Position numbers and translations under genes: made by a program. From Eledone cirrhosa (Eukaryota), in assembly GCA_964016885.1 (NCBI GenBank), contig OZ024740.1, forward strand, positions 83,948,001-84,012,000: a DNA stretch of 64,000 nucleotides, read 5' to 3'. Shown here piece by piece: positions 39,946 to 54,309 of this stretch (position 1 is its first letter; every line of letters starts with the position of its first letter). A model generated the notes under the pieces. It worked only from the letters and a program-made list of their open reading frames with translations. It did no database searches and was not told the origin of the DNA.

Positions 39946-42476
39946 ATGTTTAGACTGTCGGAGAAATGGGCCAACGCTGGCTGTCAAATTATTTTCCTGA
40001 ATCGCTGCCTAAAAAACGATGTCATCCCCAACACCATCAGGAACATCCGCTTACCAGTAAGCCTACGTACACCAGATTTCCAAAACACCGCTAACCGCAT
40101 ACATCGCACCTGTATTAAACAGATCCTGAGACATCTCAACCGCCAATTACACGTCCATAAGCGGACACTCTCAGAGCGGACACATCGACTGCCAATAGCA
40201 CCCGGGGACTTGCTCCTGAAAATCACTAAAGCAATCGACCAGTGCTACCACTCCAGAGTCCAATACCAGAAAAAACGGCTCAAGCGAAAATATGAGTGGA
40301 TCTCGTCGAAACGCCACAACAGGAACATCGACACTAACGAACAGACGGACCAGAACCACGTGGGAAACAACAACTTAACAACCGCCACCGCTGCATCCAC
40401 CAACACCGAGCTATACCTCAACGATGCGACGCACCTGGTCACCGACCTAACCGGCACTCTCACGAGCGACGAGCTGAAACTCCTACACCTCGGACCCAAG
40501 TTCATCGTCTCACAACGTCTCGACGACAGACTCAAACTCAACATCGGGGCCAACTTTTGTCGAGCCGCTTACCAACTTAAATGGGTGACCGCCATCAACA
40601 GCGCCACAGAAAATAACAGCGCCCACGCAACCCACCCCAAGTTCCCCACTTACCACCCCGACAACCCACTCCACCCCCCACCCACCAACCACGAACTCGA
40701 CACTAAACTCATCAGGCTAAAACACTCCATCTCGGATATACTTCACAAACACACACGCACAACACATAACCTCACCAAATCTCAACTCACCACTCTCTCC
40801 AACCTAAAATCGAAGAACCTCATCTATCTCCCCTCCGACAAGGGAAAAGAATTCTGCGTCATCAGCAGAGAGGCCTACAACACCCTGGCCCTCCAACACC
40901 TTGACGATGACAACCTCTACTCCAAAGTCACGGGAATCACTCCCGCGCAGATAGAAGAGCACATCAACGCCGCCTGGACTAACATCTGCGACCGGCGGAA
41001 GCTCCCGAAGAAGCTGAGATACAACCTCCTCACGAGGAACAGCAGACTACCCGCCTTCTACCACCTCGTGAAAACACACAAACAGGGACCCGACCTGAAG
41101 ATCAGGCCCATCGTATCGAGCGTGGAGGGACCACTCTACAAAATTTCATGGCTCCTAGCCAGAATACTCAAACCCATCTTAGACACCTTGCCGGGACACG
41201 TTAACAGCTCCGAGGAGGTGTTGAAGCGCCTGCTTCAAATGGATCCCGACACCAGAAGGAATAACAGATATGCCTTCAGCCTTGATGTAGTCGCTCTCTA
41301 CACCTCGGTCCCGGCACTCCCGGCCGTCAATATACTGATGGAACGCGTCCAATCCACCGACTTACCCTGCTTCGGGCTCACCTCACTGACATCCACCAGC
41401 TCCTATCCATCGTCGTCGACAACACCTACTTCGGATTCCTTGACCAAGCATACCAACAAACCTCGGGATTGCCCATGGGATCAAGCCTATCAGGTGTGCT
41501 AGCGATTTTTTACATGGACAACCTCGAACACAAGGCACTCAACGCCTGCCACCCCAACGCCGTAGCCTTTTTCTCAAGGTACGTGGACGATATCCTCATC
41601 CTCACATCTTCCCAAGACACGGCGAACAGAATCTATGAGACGTTCAACAACACGGACGAGAACATTGACTTCAGTGTTGAACACCCCAACGAAGACGGGT
41701 CACTTGCCCTCCTCGACTTCCGAATCAACATCACGGAACAGGAAAGGATCCACTGCAACTTCTACCGAAAGGCAGCCTGCAGGGACCTGTTCGTTCACTA
41801 CAAGTCCGCCCTCCCTAACAATGCCAAAAGAGGATACATCACGAACGAGATCGCGCGAATCAAAAACAGATGCAGCGATCCCGCGAGTGGTGTCACTCAT
41901 ACCAGCGATTCCTCGAGGTGCTGGAGACAAACGGGTACCCTATCTCGATCACAGACAGAATAGGAGACACCGGACACAAGAGACAGAGAGGCACCCAAGG
42001 CAAGTGCTTCCTTAAAATTCCACATCTGGGCGAGAATACCACCAACGCTATCCGCAAGGCTATACGGAGGGAGGGCCTCGACATCCACCTGGCCCACTCG
42101 GGCCCCTCCCTGCGAAGATGCCTCTCCAAGAAACCCGGGAAATCTACTGACGCATGCTCCCTCAGAGACTGCCCGATACGCCATGCGAACATACGTCGTG
42201 TATAAGATAGAATGTGACAGGTGCAACCAGTACTACATAGGTAGCACAATCCGACCTTTGCACATCCGGATCAAGGAACACACTAAAACCAGGGCCTCCT
42301 CTTTCCGGAAACACATAGACAAATGCGGAAACAAAGACGGAAGGCCCATTGTCACAATTCTAGCGACTGAAAGAAACGTCGGTACGTTACGTATCAAGGA
42401 AGCACTTTTTATCAAACGCCTGCAACCGCAAATAAACAACCGATTAGAGAGAAGCGAAATGAGATGGCTGGTTTAA
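39946..42476 (+). pseudogene. PLE RT-GIY-YIG polyprotein split into four frames (breaks near 41385, 41890, 42185)
   Basis: ORF track 39946-41502, 41469-41963, 41870-42205 and 42183-42476 joins into one PLE protein. The ATG at 39946 is formed at the (TA)n junction. Confidence 0.88.
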
Positions 42477-42865
42477 GTTAACAAACGATGTAGCAACACA
42501 CAACACACGCACACACAAACGAGACAACTACACACACACACACACAGTAGCTTTCCACCATACGAACATACTACACTGCCAATACAGAGGAACAAGGCAA
42601 CTACACACGCACACACACACACACACACTCAAGCGAGACAACAACACACGCACGCACACACACAGTAACATTTAACAAACAGGCAGAGAATGGACTGACA
42701 GCTAGCGCCATCCCACTCCCTAATTCGGCCGCTTACCTCTGCCCGACCGACCCCATTTCACGCGCACGCGCGCTCTGCCGAATACCTGAGATATTCAAAA
42801 CAACAAACAGCGGAGGACGCGTTTCGCACCTCTCCGACAGACAACCTTTACCCCGGAAAAAAAAA

Positions 42866-42901
42866 CCCCAGTTGATGGATGTGAATCCGAAATATATAGG
42901 G
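42866..42901 (+). ncRNA. Degenerate minimal hammerhead
   Basis: CCC-CAGTTGA-T-GGAT(gtga)ATCC-GAAA-TATA-TA-GGG; stems intact, two core substitutions. Confidence 0.6.
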
Positions 42902-43111
42902 ACTATTAAATCTCTCCCAATGTAACTCTCTCTTGTGTTGTTATTTTTATTTTATCCTTTATACTCTTCCCTTCTTTCTTCTACACATTTACACATCTTT
43001 ACACACCACGCATCTCAACGTACACCCACTTACATCTCTCTCTCCACCACCGGATCTTGTTACCCGGATATTTACCCATTTGCATTGTCGAGGCTTCCAA
43101 ACGACTTAAAG

Positions 43112-43206
<95 letters not shown>

Positions 43207-44361
43207 GTTATTTGTTTAAACATCTCAATATTCATATTCAATGTTCCGAAGAATTCTCCCCAAGAAGACGGAATAAATTCTTCCAATATTAGTTGTTTCA
43301 ATGTTTGTAATACGTTTCATTACTTCTCTGTGTTGGTGATTTATCTTTATAGTTTATCCTTCCATTGAGATGTCTAAACATTAGAGATAAATAGCTTTTT
43401 ATTAATACTGACTACTCCATCATTGTATAATAGATTTAGATAGGTGCTGAGTGCAATTTCTAGCGTCCCTATAAACCTGTCGTATTGTCCTAATATGTAG
43501 AGAGAGATATGTTCCTTTTGTAGTTCAATGACGCAACGTGTTGGGCACCACGTTCTCGGCAGTGACATTTCTGTATACTATATATTCAATGTTCCTTTTA
43601 GTTTCAAAGAATTCTCCCCAAGAAGACGGAATACATTTTTATAAATTCTCTCAATATTGGCAGATTCGATGTTTTTATACAATCAATATTTTTCTCAATT
43701 CCAGAAACCATGGTTGGGGACATTATATATATAAAACCGCCTTATTTTAGTCATTCTAGCTTATAGCCGGCCCCATATCGAGATTTTCGCTTATATATAT
43801 ATATATATTTAGGTTTGTTAGTTCACCACTGGATAGATATAAACATATATGTATATATGAGCCAAAATCTCGATATATATATATATATACAGAAAGAGAG
43901 AGAGACAGAGAGAGAGAGGGAAAGAGAGAGAGAGGGGAAGAGGAAGAGAGCGAGAGAGAGAGAGACAGACAGAGAGATGAACATATGTACCAGATTCTTT
44001 ATTAATCAATGTGTTTACATAAATTAGGTAACCAATGAAAGAATATCAATGAACGATTTCCAAGCATGATAGCAAATTAAAACGATGTACAACTGTATCT
44101 TTGCTCAAATGTTATCCTCATACATACTTGTATAAGGAGTATATATCGTTGATGCAGCCTTTCAGAATTATGTACTCCATTTGTCATGAAATACAAAGCA
44201 GGTTTGATTATTTTTTCACATTATCGTATAGTTCAGTTCATTAAATCTTTCACATCCTGAATTATTTGTTTCTGCATGGAGCATCCTAAAGTTAAATTTG
44301 GAAATTAGTTCATCATGCCTTCCTTATACATAATGAATAATTGCATCATGAAAATAAATAA

Positions 44362-44543
44362 CTGTTTCTATTTTAGGCACAAGGCCAGCAATTATCCAGT
44401 GCATTACTGGTACTTTATTTTATCGACCCCGTAAGGATGAAAGGCAAAGTCAACCTCGGCGGGATTTGAACTCAGATCGTAAAGGGACGTAACTATGCTG
44501 GAAAGCATGGCATCCGACCCTCTACCGATACTGCCAACCCCCC
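44362..44543 (-). mobile_element. tRNA-derived SINE (same family as 31531)
   Basis: Near-identical sequence; flanked by a CATCATGAAAATAAATAA target duplication. Confidence 0.88.
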
Positions 44544-44689
44544 ATCATGAAAATAAATAATAACAGGACAATTTCACTGAATTTATTTGTTATATAAGTA
44601 ATATAATTTAATTGCAACAGCTAAAGAATTGTGTCTTCTTTTCTCATTAAATGTCATCGCCATTAACGTAATGCAAACATTTCAAACAA

Positions 44690-44950
44690 ACCCGGATATA
44701 ACGCATGCGCAGCCCAAAACACAGCTAACAAAAACAAGATGGAGTAAAACAGAACAAAGAAGAAAGAATAAATAACAACAAAAGAGTCCTTGAGGAGGTC
44801 ACAAAATGTGTAAGGAAAGGGAGATTTGATGATAATCAACAACTAAACAACAATCCGGCTATTGAACTAAGTGACTGGGAAATTACAATAATAAATTTAA
44901 GTGAAATTGTATTGTTTTTTGGTAGAATTATTCTCCCAAAGTATAACAAT
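44690..44950 (+). mobile_element. Diverged pseudo-LTR related to the 17278/33864 families
   Basis: ACGCATGCGCA, AAGATGGAG, a decayed HHR-like TTGAGGA..GAAA, and the end CTCCCAAAGTATAACAA(TA)n. Confidence 0.55.
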
Positions 44951-45034
44951 ATATATATAACAATATAACAATATATATATTTATAGATATATATGTGTGT
45001 GTGTGTGTGTATATATATATGTATATATATATAT

Positions 45035-45299
45035 CACCTTGATCACCTTGACCGACCAGTCTGTCGGGCGACAATCGGCGCCGCTGGTCACAGCACGTCG
45101 TGCTGTTTTAGTCATAAGATAACGCCATCCCACTGGCTGGGCGGGCAGGCCGGTACTCATTTCTACAGCTGAGTAAACTGGAGCAACGTACAATAAAGTG
45201 TCTTGCTCACGGAAACAACACATCACCCGGTCCGAGAATTGAACTCACAACCTTACGATTGCAAGCCCAATGCTCTAACCACTAAGCCATGCGCCTTCA
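45035..45299 (-). mobile_element. tRNA-derived CORE-like SINE (octopus OR-like)
   Basis: Minus strand A box TGGCTTAGTGG, B box GAGTTCAATTC, CORE-like TGAGCAAGACACTTTA. Confidence 0.8.
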
Positions 45300-45532
45300 C
45301 ATATATACATATACTTATTACTACCTCCTCTTGGTTGAGAAAAAATTTGGTCGTTCTGACTGCTGCTAGTTATAGCGGGAGCAGACTGACCTCCCTGCCT
45401 CTGCCTCTATCTTTACACCCGGTACTTGAAAGAATTGCTTCCACTTCATTTATTCTCATCTAGGGAACAATTTTGAATAGCGCCAGTTCGTAATTTGAAC
45501 TCGGGAATTTTATATACTCCGAGTGAAAAGAT

Positions 45533-45616
45533 CCTTCTGACGAGAGTTTTTCTTTGCAACGGATGCCGTATGAACTGTCCGTTTATTTTTGAGAATCGAA
45601 ACCGATTCGGTAAAGG
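45533..45616 (+). ncRNA. Type I hammerhead ribozyme with stable stem III and extended stem II
   Basis: CCTT-CTGACGA-GAgTTTTTC...AACGGA...TCCGTT...GAGAATC-GAAA-CCGATTCGG-TA-AAGG, about 70 nt upstream of (TA)n. Confidence 0.85.
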
Positions 45617-45687
45617 TAACCATAGTAAAAGTAAAGTTAATTTTTTAAAATTCATTTTGAAACTTTTTCTTATTTGCTAAACTTTGA

Positions 45688-46572
<885 letters not shown>

Positions 46573-47342
46573 ATATATATATATATATAATATCAAATAT
46601 AAGTGAATGCAAAGAATATAGAATTTATGCTTGGCTTTGTGACCTGTAAATGTATTTCAAGTTCATTTCTTAGTATGGATCTTATCTTTTTTGAAATATA
46701 ATTTAAATTTTGATTTACTAAGCCGGATTACGGATTCTCTTTCCTTTATGGTATGGAATTACGTTTTTAATGTATTTTATATATAGATTATATTGGAATG
46801 GATTATAATCAATCGGGAATACATTATAATCTCTGAATTCGGATTTGGTTGTGGGTCTTGTTAAAATAGATAACGGTTAATTCTGGAAATATTATCTTAT
46901 GTGTACTGTATTCACGTATCGCATTATTACAAAGGGTTATTTCAAGAGTTGTAAATATATAGATATTTGGAACATAAATAAGATTAAATTGAAATTCAAA
47001 AACATTTCAAAAACCCTGACCAGGGAAGGTAATGTTCAATTTGAGCATTCTTTAGACAGAATTTGTTTCTAAGAAAGCACATAATGAGCAGTTGTCTGGT
47101 TCAATGATGAAAGAGGAACACAAACTAATATCGTAATGTATTTGGAGCTTAGCAAGTTAGATATAACCAACAATATGTATAGAAACATTGAGTCATTATG
47201 TCTTCTTTCTAAGAAACAACATTCCTGAAATATCAGGCAGTTTAAAACAAGCAAACGTTATAAATAACAAGAAAAAATATTTGCCATTATATCATAATGA
47301 CCAACACTATACTGCTTAATCTGCTGCTTCTATGCCATATAC

Positions 47343-47530
47343 GGTCGGTGGATTGACAGTATCGGTAGAGAGTCGGACACAATGCTTTGACGCATAGAGT
47401 TACGGCCCTTGCCATTCTGAGTTCAAATCCCACCGAGGTTAACTTTGCCTTTCATCCTTACGGGGTCGATAAAATAAAATACCAGTAATACACTGGTTAA
47501 TTGCTGGCCTTGTGCCAAAAGTAGAAACAA
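47343..47530 (+). mobile_element. tRNA-derived SINE, more diverged copy
   Basis: B box GAGTTCAAATCC and the same core as 31531. Confidence 0.85.
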
Positions 47531-47540
47531 TTAATTAACT

Positions 47541-47722
47541 GTTTCTACTTTAGGCACAAGGCCAGCAATTTCCCAGTGCATTACTGGTACTTTATTTTAT
47601 CGACCCCGTAAGGATGAAAGGCAAAGTCAACCTCGGCGGGATTTGAACTCAGATCGTAAAGGGACGTAACTATGCTGGAAAGCATGGCGTCCGACCCTCT
47701 ACCGATACTGCCAATTCACCGT
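47541..47722 (-). mobile_element. tRNA-derived SINE inserted tail-to-tail with 47343-47530
   Basis: Same family; GTAGAAACAATTAATTAAC duplicated at 47521 and 47721. Confidence 0.88.
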
Positions 47723-50700
47723 AGAAACAATTAATTAACGTTAACAATTTGACCTTGTTCTCTAATTTAATGACTCGATCAACTCTCTTTTTATTCAGTT
47801 TGAAAGAATTACGGATGCTATTCATTTTCAACGTTATTCTTCCAAAACTGATGTATATCAAACTTCAGTCCTATGAATATTTCTAACAAAACTAATAATT
47901 ATTTCTATTATATATTTCAGTTATATATTACAATTTATTGAATAAGGACTTTGAACCACAATAGAGTGCAGTTGCCAATCCTGGAATTTAATGCTGCTCC
48001 CTTGGTATCTCACGCTAAAGCCTGCCTAGACCAATTGACATGAGGTCACCCAACATTGCACTCCAGACTCTAAATGATGTGCTACAACTTGAGTATCTAT
48101 TAAAAAGGGTTAACTGGCTACCTATTTCTTTCATTCCATCTATTCTTTTTCGGTCACTTCTTGAAACGTCTTCTCTTCCTATGTTATTTCCTTTCAACTG
48201 TCAACATGGAGTTGTAATGATTGACCAAGCCAATCTCATTGTTCTTGTTGGGGATTTCGAAGTTGAAGAGGATAGCCCGTTATCCAGACCACACCAATAT
48301 ATACGTATAAAAGCAAGTTATATTCAGGGTGTTTTCTAAGAAGTTTCATAATATTTCAAGCAGTACCCTTCTTAAAAGCATGTTTCAATTATCTCCATTT
48401 CCTCGAATTACTCATTAAAAAAAACTATTGATTTAATGTTTGCTGAAAATCTAAACCTCTTCGATTTATGTTTTGAATTTTGACATAATAAAACTGTTAT
48501 CACGTTCAGATTTTCTTTCTAAACGCATTACTTTGAGAAGTTTGATAATATTTCTTGCTGCGTTAATATTATTTAGTTAATTCAGAAAATTCAAAGAAGT
48601 GATAGCATTATTATTGCTTTTGGTGCCTCGTGAACGTTTGCCTTTTAAAGAATATTGAGTGAAGGACACTTCATAGAATAAGCTGAAGAATATAAAATAG
48701 TAATTCCAAAGAATATTTGCCAAGAAGATGTATTCGTTTGCTTCCACTCATTGACTAAAACACTAGATTATTCTATAAGTAGAAAGAGTTTTGCATAATT
48801 TCGAAATGCTAACGTAGCTTTCAAAGCAGCCAATTGAAATTTTTCACTTAAAACATATACTTTAGATTACATTTCAATAATGATTTGCAATATATGATAG
48901 AACTAAAGTCTTCAAATTTATGCTTAATTAGGAAAACGGTATGTTACTAAAATTGTGTTCTATCACGAAGCAGACACTGCCTTGAATCAATTGTCCGTGA
49001 ATATTTCCAGTTTTACAGCTGCATTTCCTTTTATCAGCAAACTATTTCCAACTTCCATCATTTTATATCATAAACCTTTTTAAAATGATATAAACGTTCT
49101 TTTGTTTTGTTTTGTTTTGTTTGTTTGTTGTTGTTTTTTTGTCTTTTTTTTAAATTAATTGTCAAATCAATGAAATTTGATAATAATCTAAAACGTATAA
49201 TTTTATTTGAAACACATGAGCGAAATCCGGTATAATTATAATTCGATACACAGACATGCACAGACGCTCAAAATTAAAATAATTCTTTTATTTATTTGAC
49301 TCCATTGCTATTTTTCCTGCACTCTAATTATCACAAATAGCTATTCAGCTTTTAAAGGTTAGTGATGGAAACCTTTCCTTGTAAATTATGCCATATTTTA
49401 ATCATTTATTCCAATAGGTGAGTTTTCTATTATTTTGTTTTCTTTTATGATCTGCTTTGTGAATGAATTCAGCCATTTAATGATATCGGCCAACAGATCG
49501 ACCATAAACTGTCAATTTCCATTCCTAGAATTATCAATGTTGCTCATATCACTGCTGAGACAATTCCATGTAGGTTATATTTGAATTAATATTAGTACTT
49601 GCTTTACCAACCACTTCGTTCAATGATCACTCTTTCACAATATATTTAATGTCAATCTGTTTACATTGTTTCTAAATCCTATGAAATATTTCGCCTTTCT
49701 GTATCACAGTTGATCCATACGATAATGAGATCCCTTGAGACTCTCTTATATTTGCCGGTAATTATATAAAAATGGTAGTAGCAGAAGTAATCTTTGTGTT
49801 TTATCCGAGCATAAATTAGTGTCATCACAAGGAAATATTTTGTATATAAGGAAACACATGGATACACATGTAAACATCATTTTGAAAGAATGTTATCGTT
49901 TTGGCATTATTCATTATTTCAAATGAAACTACATAATTGTGGAGTTACAATGGCAACCAGAAATATGGTAGCATATATCTAATCCATACATAAGAGAGAT
50001 TAAATAATATATTAGTCTCCCTTCGGATTAGAATAATTTAAACATTCATTTTCAGTTTAATTTGAATGGATAACCGCAGATTTCAAATTATGAGAGCATG
50101 CTATATATTACTATCTAGATCAGGCTTCAAACGATATTTTGAATTCCTTATAAATGCGTTTTCATCGTTTTCAAAAGTTGTTCCTGCAATTGACACCAAA
50201 GATGAATATATAAAAAAGAGATTTTACTGACTATTGCATGATATTATCTCAACTATTTTTCTGTTGTCTTATCGATTTAACACAACACAGTTATCATAAC
50301 TCTCATTTAAAATTTAATATTGATCTCTCGCATTGACACAATGTCAGCCATTATAGATTTGGCTATATTGGATATATTCACCATTAATACGAGAGTTTTA
50401 TTTTCCTTCATTGACAGCAGAATGTTGAAAGCTAAAAATTAGCTCATTGACATTTGAAGTGTCGTATCGCGAAAACACAAACTATTTTGTCCGATAATCT
50501 GAATTGTCATTGATCAAAAACCCTATTTGTTGATCATGAACATTTTTTCGTTCATATTTCTTCACTGATGTATTCTATTTCACCCTCATACAATTTAGTA
50601 GTAAGACAATGTTTGCCGCCGTTCAATATGTTCATCTTTCAACTGTTGCATCTTGAAGAGTTTTCGATTATAGAATACTGTAGAATTGCTCATACATAAC

Positions 50701-51559
50701 AATTTACAAACTCGAAAATAAAACACTAAATAATAACACTTTCAATGTCAGAAAGGTACCCTAAAATACACAGGTATGAAGTTTGCTATATGTAAATAAG
50801 ATGACTAGATTTCTCTTATATCCTATGAGGTTTAGCATCTAAACTGCAAATATTTCAATATTATATATGAGTAGAAACAGGGCAGCTGAAATGCAGTCGA
50901 CCATCGGACTAGAATTAACTTGCAAATCCCTCTTAAATCACACAATATATTCTAAAACGAAAGAAAGAGAAATCATATAATATATCATCACATATCATCT
51001 GCTCGAGGGGTGCAATGGGAGCCATGCTATTAGTAGAAACAACCAAAACTTTGTGAATCGTAATTATGCCTATTATGTTTTATTTTTACGTTTATTGGAT
51101 TTTTGTTTATGTTATCGTGTTTGATGTCATTCTAACATGTAAAATCTAATTTCTGTTAACCAGATTAAATATGTTTCCCTTTAAATATTTCCCCGTTAGA
51201 TCTCAGCCCTCATATGCTTACTTTGCAAACATATTAACGGGTAAGTTCAATTCTTTATATACTTTTTTTTATACATTCTTAACATATCTAATAGAAAACA
51301 ATTGAAGATAATTTGATGAGTTAAGCGAAATAACACGTCTTTTAGATAATGCAAGGGGGGTAATAAATATATATTGTAATATATATTTAGATTATAACAC
51401 CTCGTCGGTACTACCATGCAATCATATTGTTGAATGTATTGGTGATCGTCATCAAGTTGAATAAGTCACTGCCATATAATATGTATTACTCTTGATTTAA
51501 GGAAATGCCTCAACCACCCCAAACTCCGCTTTACCTTGTGTGGTGCGCCTTGTCACCTT

Positions 51560-52440
51560 ACGCAGATCACCTCGTCGAACTCTATTCTTCCATCCGACGC
51601 TTTGTTGACCTCATCTGCAATGGTAGTTTCGAAAGTGCCGGCTGACAACAGGCAAAATTCACCATGAAGTTATGTGGCCCTAGCCTCCGAAGCTCGTCAG
51701 ACCTTGCACTGCCAGCCTATCTCTTCATAATCTCTTTCAGTCGCGCCCTCATAAGCGAGGTCCTCCACAAGACGGCACAACCTGGCGTGGGACGGGAACT
51801 GGAGGAAGCTCTAGCCGATTGGACCGACGAAGGCCTCGTCGTCCCCTAGAATACAGATGTCCAACGTAACTGGAATGACATCAAGTGCAGCTCTGCTTTC
51901 AGGCAAAGTGTGTCTTCCTTGGACTAACTCCGCCCCACTTGCCTCTATTCCGCCTCGCAAACAAACAGCTACGCGTGGCTTAACATGGTGTCAGCCCCGA
52001 CCGCCGCGTGCGTCAGCCATACAAATGCAGTTGTGGAAAATGTCGTTGACGAGTTCTGTCTGCACCGATTATAACACTGCCATAGCACAGGTCGGCTCCC
52101 ATGACACGCCGCACTGAATGGGAGGAGGGTTGCTCCCTGCTGGAATAGCCACCTACCCTTAGAAACTCTCTAATCTGGGACATGATGTGCTGCAACTCTT
52201 TCTCTGCCTCCTTGTCGTTTCGGCCATAAACCCGGCACGGCACCAGAAACCAAGGAAAGAGGAAGATAATCAATAATGGAGCTTGACCGACCTCTTCATT
52301 TTCGTACTGCTGGTTTCATCCGTAAATTCTGAAAGACACAGCGCACCTAAGGAAGGATGAGCTGGAGGTTGCAGTGGCTGTCGCTGGCCATTCTCCACGA
52401 CAATTACTTTGCCAATGTCCGTGGGGCGCAGCTGAAACAC
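51560..52440 (+). pseudogene. CRE/SLACS-like non-LTR retrotransposon 3' fragment
   Basis: LRSSSDLALPAYL..QRNWND..SYAWLN; homologous at peptide level to 24760-25340. Confidence 0.7.
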
Positions 52441-53634
52441 TGCTGAAACTTGAGTGTAGTATCTCTCACTCCCCTGGCTCCCTTTCTTTCATGTTTTTTT
52501 CCCCATTTTTGTATTCGTTTCCCTATTGCCATATATTTTCTAGTTTTTATCATATTTTCAATTTAGTAAAATAAAGTATCTGATAATATTTTCTTCTTAA
52601 GCAGAAATTATTAATCTGATATTTGGATACAGTAAATGAAGGTTAGTTTATTGTTGTTTTTGTTAACATTTTAGGTTTAACATATGGGAATTTACACTTA
52701 TTATATCCCTGTTATGCCGTGTGCAGCCTGGGTATACCGTATGAATCCCGATTTTTAACATAAAGGTAGACTTCTTCTGCATAACATAAAAGGTGACCAA
52801 AGTAATTGAAAACGAGGGTATAAACATGATGTCTTAAAGCATGTATGTATTTATGTATGTAGATATGGATGTAATATATAAATTTTATATAAGTTGAAAG
52901 GTATCACAATATAACGCATGATATTTTCACATGAGAGATAACATCCAGTAAATACAACCCACTTAGTTTGTCATGCATAGCCTCTAGTGTCAGACTGAGA
53001 TTCGAGATCAGCATTGATTTTCTACAACACTGGATAAGGTTTAATCCTTTGGCATTTAAACCAACTGTATCCAGCCAGAATTCTTTCACCTGATGTTAAG
53101 GTATTGTGCTCAAAATAAATAATATCAAAATTTCGTAGATTCGATATTGTGTGAGATAATTATGTGAGATAAAGCCATTACAAAATACAATAGAATATAT
53201 AGAGTAATATAAATCCTAAATGGTTAAATCATATAAATCTCTGTGGCAAACACGATATTAGAAAAATACTTTTGTATATAACTCGTGATGCTTCTGTGTA
53301 CGTCAATGATTAATGACACAGAAGAAGGTGCGTATTGTATTAAAGCACAAAAACAATCATGCATTAAGTATTTGTCTTTCACGTTAACATTTTAGTCATG
53401 AAATTAAAATTTGAACCACTTTTACTCGCATTGATCATGATTTGATGTCAACGAATATATATACAGTTATTTTTTATATGGTAATAATTCTAAATACATT
53501 TATCATAAATACTGTCTATTTCAATAATTTCCTATTGTCTTTGAAACACCAAATTACCGTCAGCAATAATTAAAAATTACTTCCTTTATTAGTATATGTG
53601 TATTCTTTTCAGGATGAATGATAAAAACAATAAT

Positions 53635-53815
53635 TGTTTCTACTTTAGGCACAAGACCAGCAATTACCCAGTGCATTACTGGTACTTTATTTTATCGACC
53701 TCGTAAGGATGAAAGGCAAAGTCAACCTCGGCGGGATTTGAACTCAGATCGTAAAGGGACGTAACTATGCTGGAAAGCATGGCGTCCGACCCTCTACCGA
53801 TACTGCCAATCCACC
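53635..53815 (-). mobile_element. tRNA-derived SINE (same family as 31531)
   Basis: Near-identical sequence. Confidence 0.88.
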
Positions 53816-54309
53816 AAAATAATAATGCCAGAATTGTGATGTTGACAATGTTTATTTTACAATAACAATATTCACTTGTTGGTACATCGAACATCGAATA
53901 ATAAAGTTGTGACAGAAATTATCACTACATTATTTGCTGACTACCTACTTCGAGCTAGCGTGTATGCATGTATCAATACAGCGATATAATAGTGAAAAAC
54001 ATAAGTAAATCTACTGCGTGTGTGTTTATGTTTCTCTATCCTGTAGTTGGTCGATCTACCGAGCAGGTATGAAATGTGAGTGCATAGTAAACAAACCGGT
54101 TTTCGTGAAGAGAAATTTCGCAGTGTTAGCAGAACTTTCTTCTCTTGTCTGTGTTATGACGGTATCTCTTTTGTAGTTGGTCAAATTGCCGAGCGGGTAT
54201 AAAATGCGAGGTCCTTTAAGGCTAGGAGAGAGGAAGAGTGAAAGTGAATGGTTACATCGTTAACCTCTCTCAGACTGCTGCTTCGTGTCTCTCTCTGGTG
54301 GCTTCCCTA

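Larger units (their letters stand above)
39946..43113 (+). mobile_element. Near full-length Poseidon/Penelope-type PLE, frameshifted
   Basis: N-terminal FLNRCLKNDVIP; RT motifs PSDKG, KTHK..IRPIVS, SLDVVALYTSVP, GLPMGSSLSG, RYVDDI; GIY-YIG VVYKIEC..YYIGST..RIKEH..KEALFI..PQIN. Bounded by (TA)n on both sides. Confidence 0.92.

Noticed and set aside
43235-43660. Repeated AAGAATTCTCCCCAAGAAGACGGAATA as a ribozyme
   Set aside because: A short diverged direct duplication without hammerhead core or stems.
45225-45299. tRNA gene (also considered for the heads of the 31531-family copies)
   Set aside because: A and B boxes are present but there is no full cloverleaf, and they are fused to SINE cores.
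52676-53100. Possible host exons (acceptor-like TTTTAG at 52675; minus-strand ORF 52904-53089)
   Set aside because: Stops occur in the frames tested, or there is no recognisable protein similarity, and no consistent exon chain emerges.
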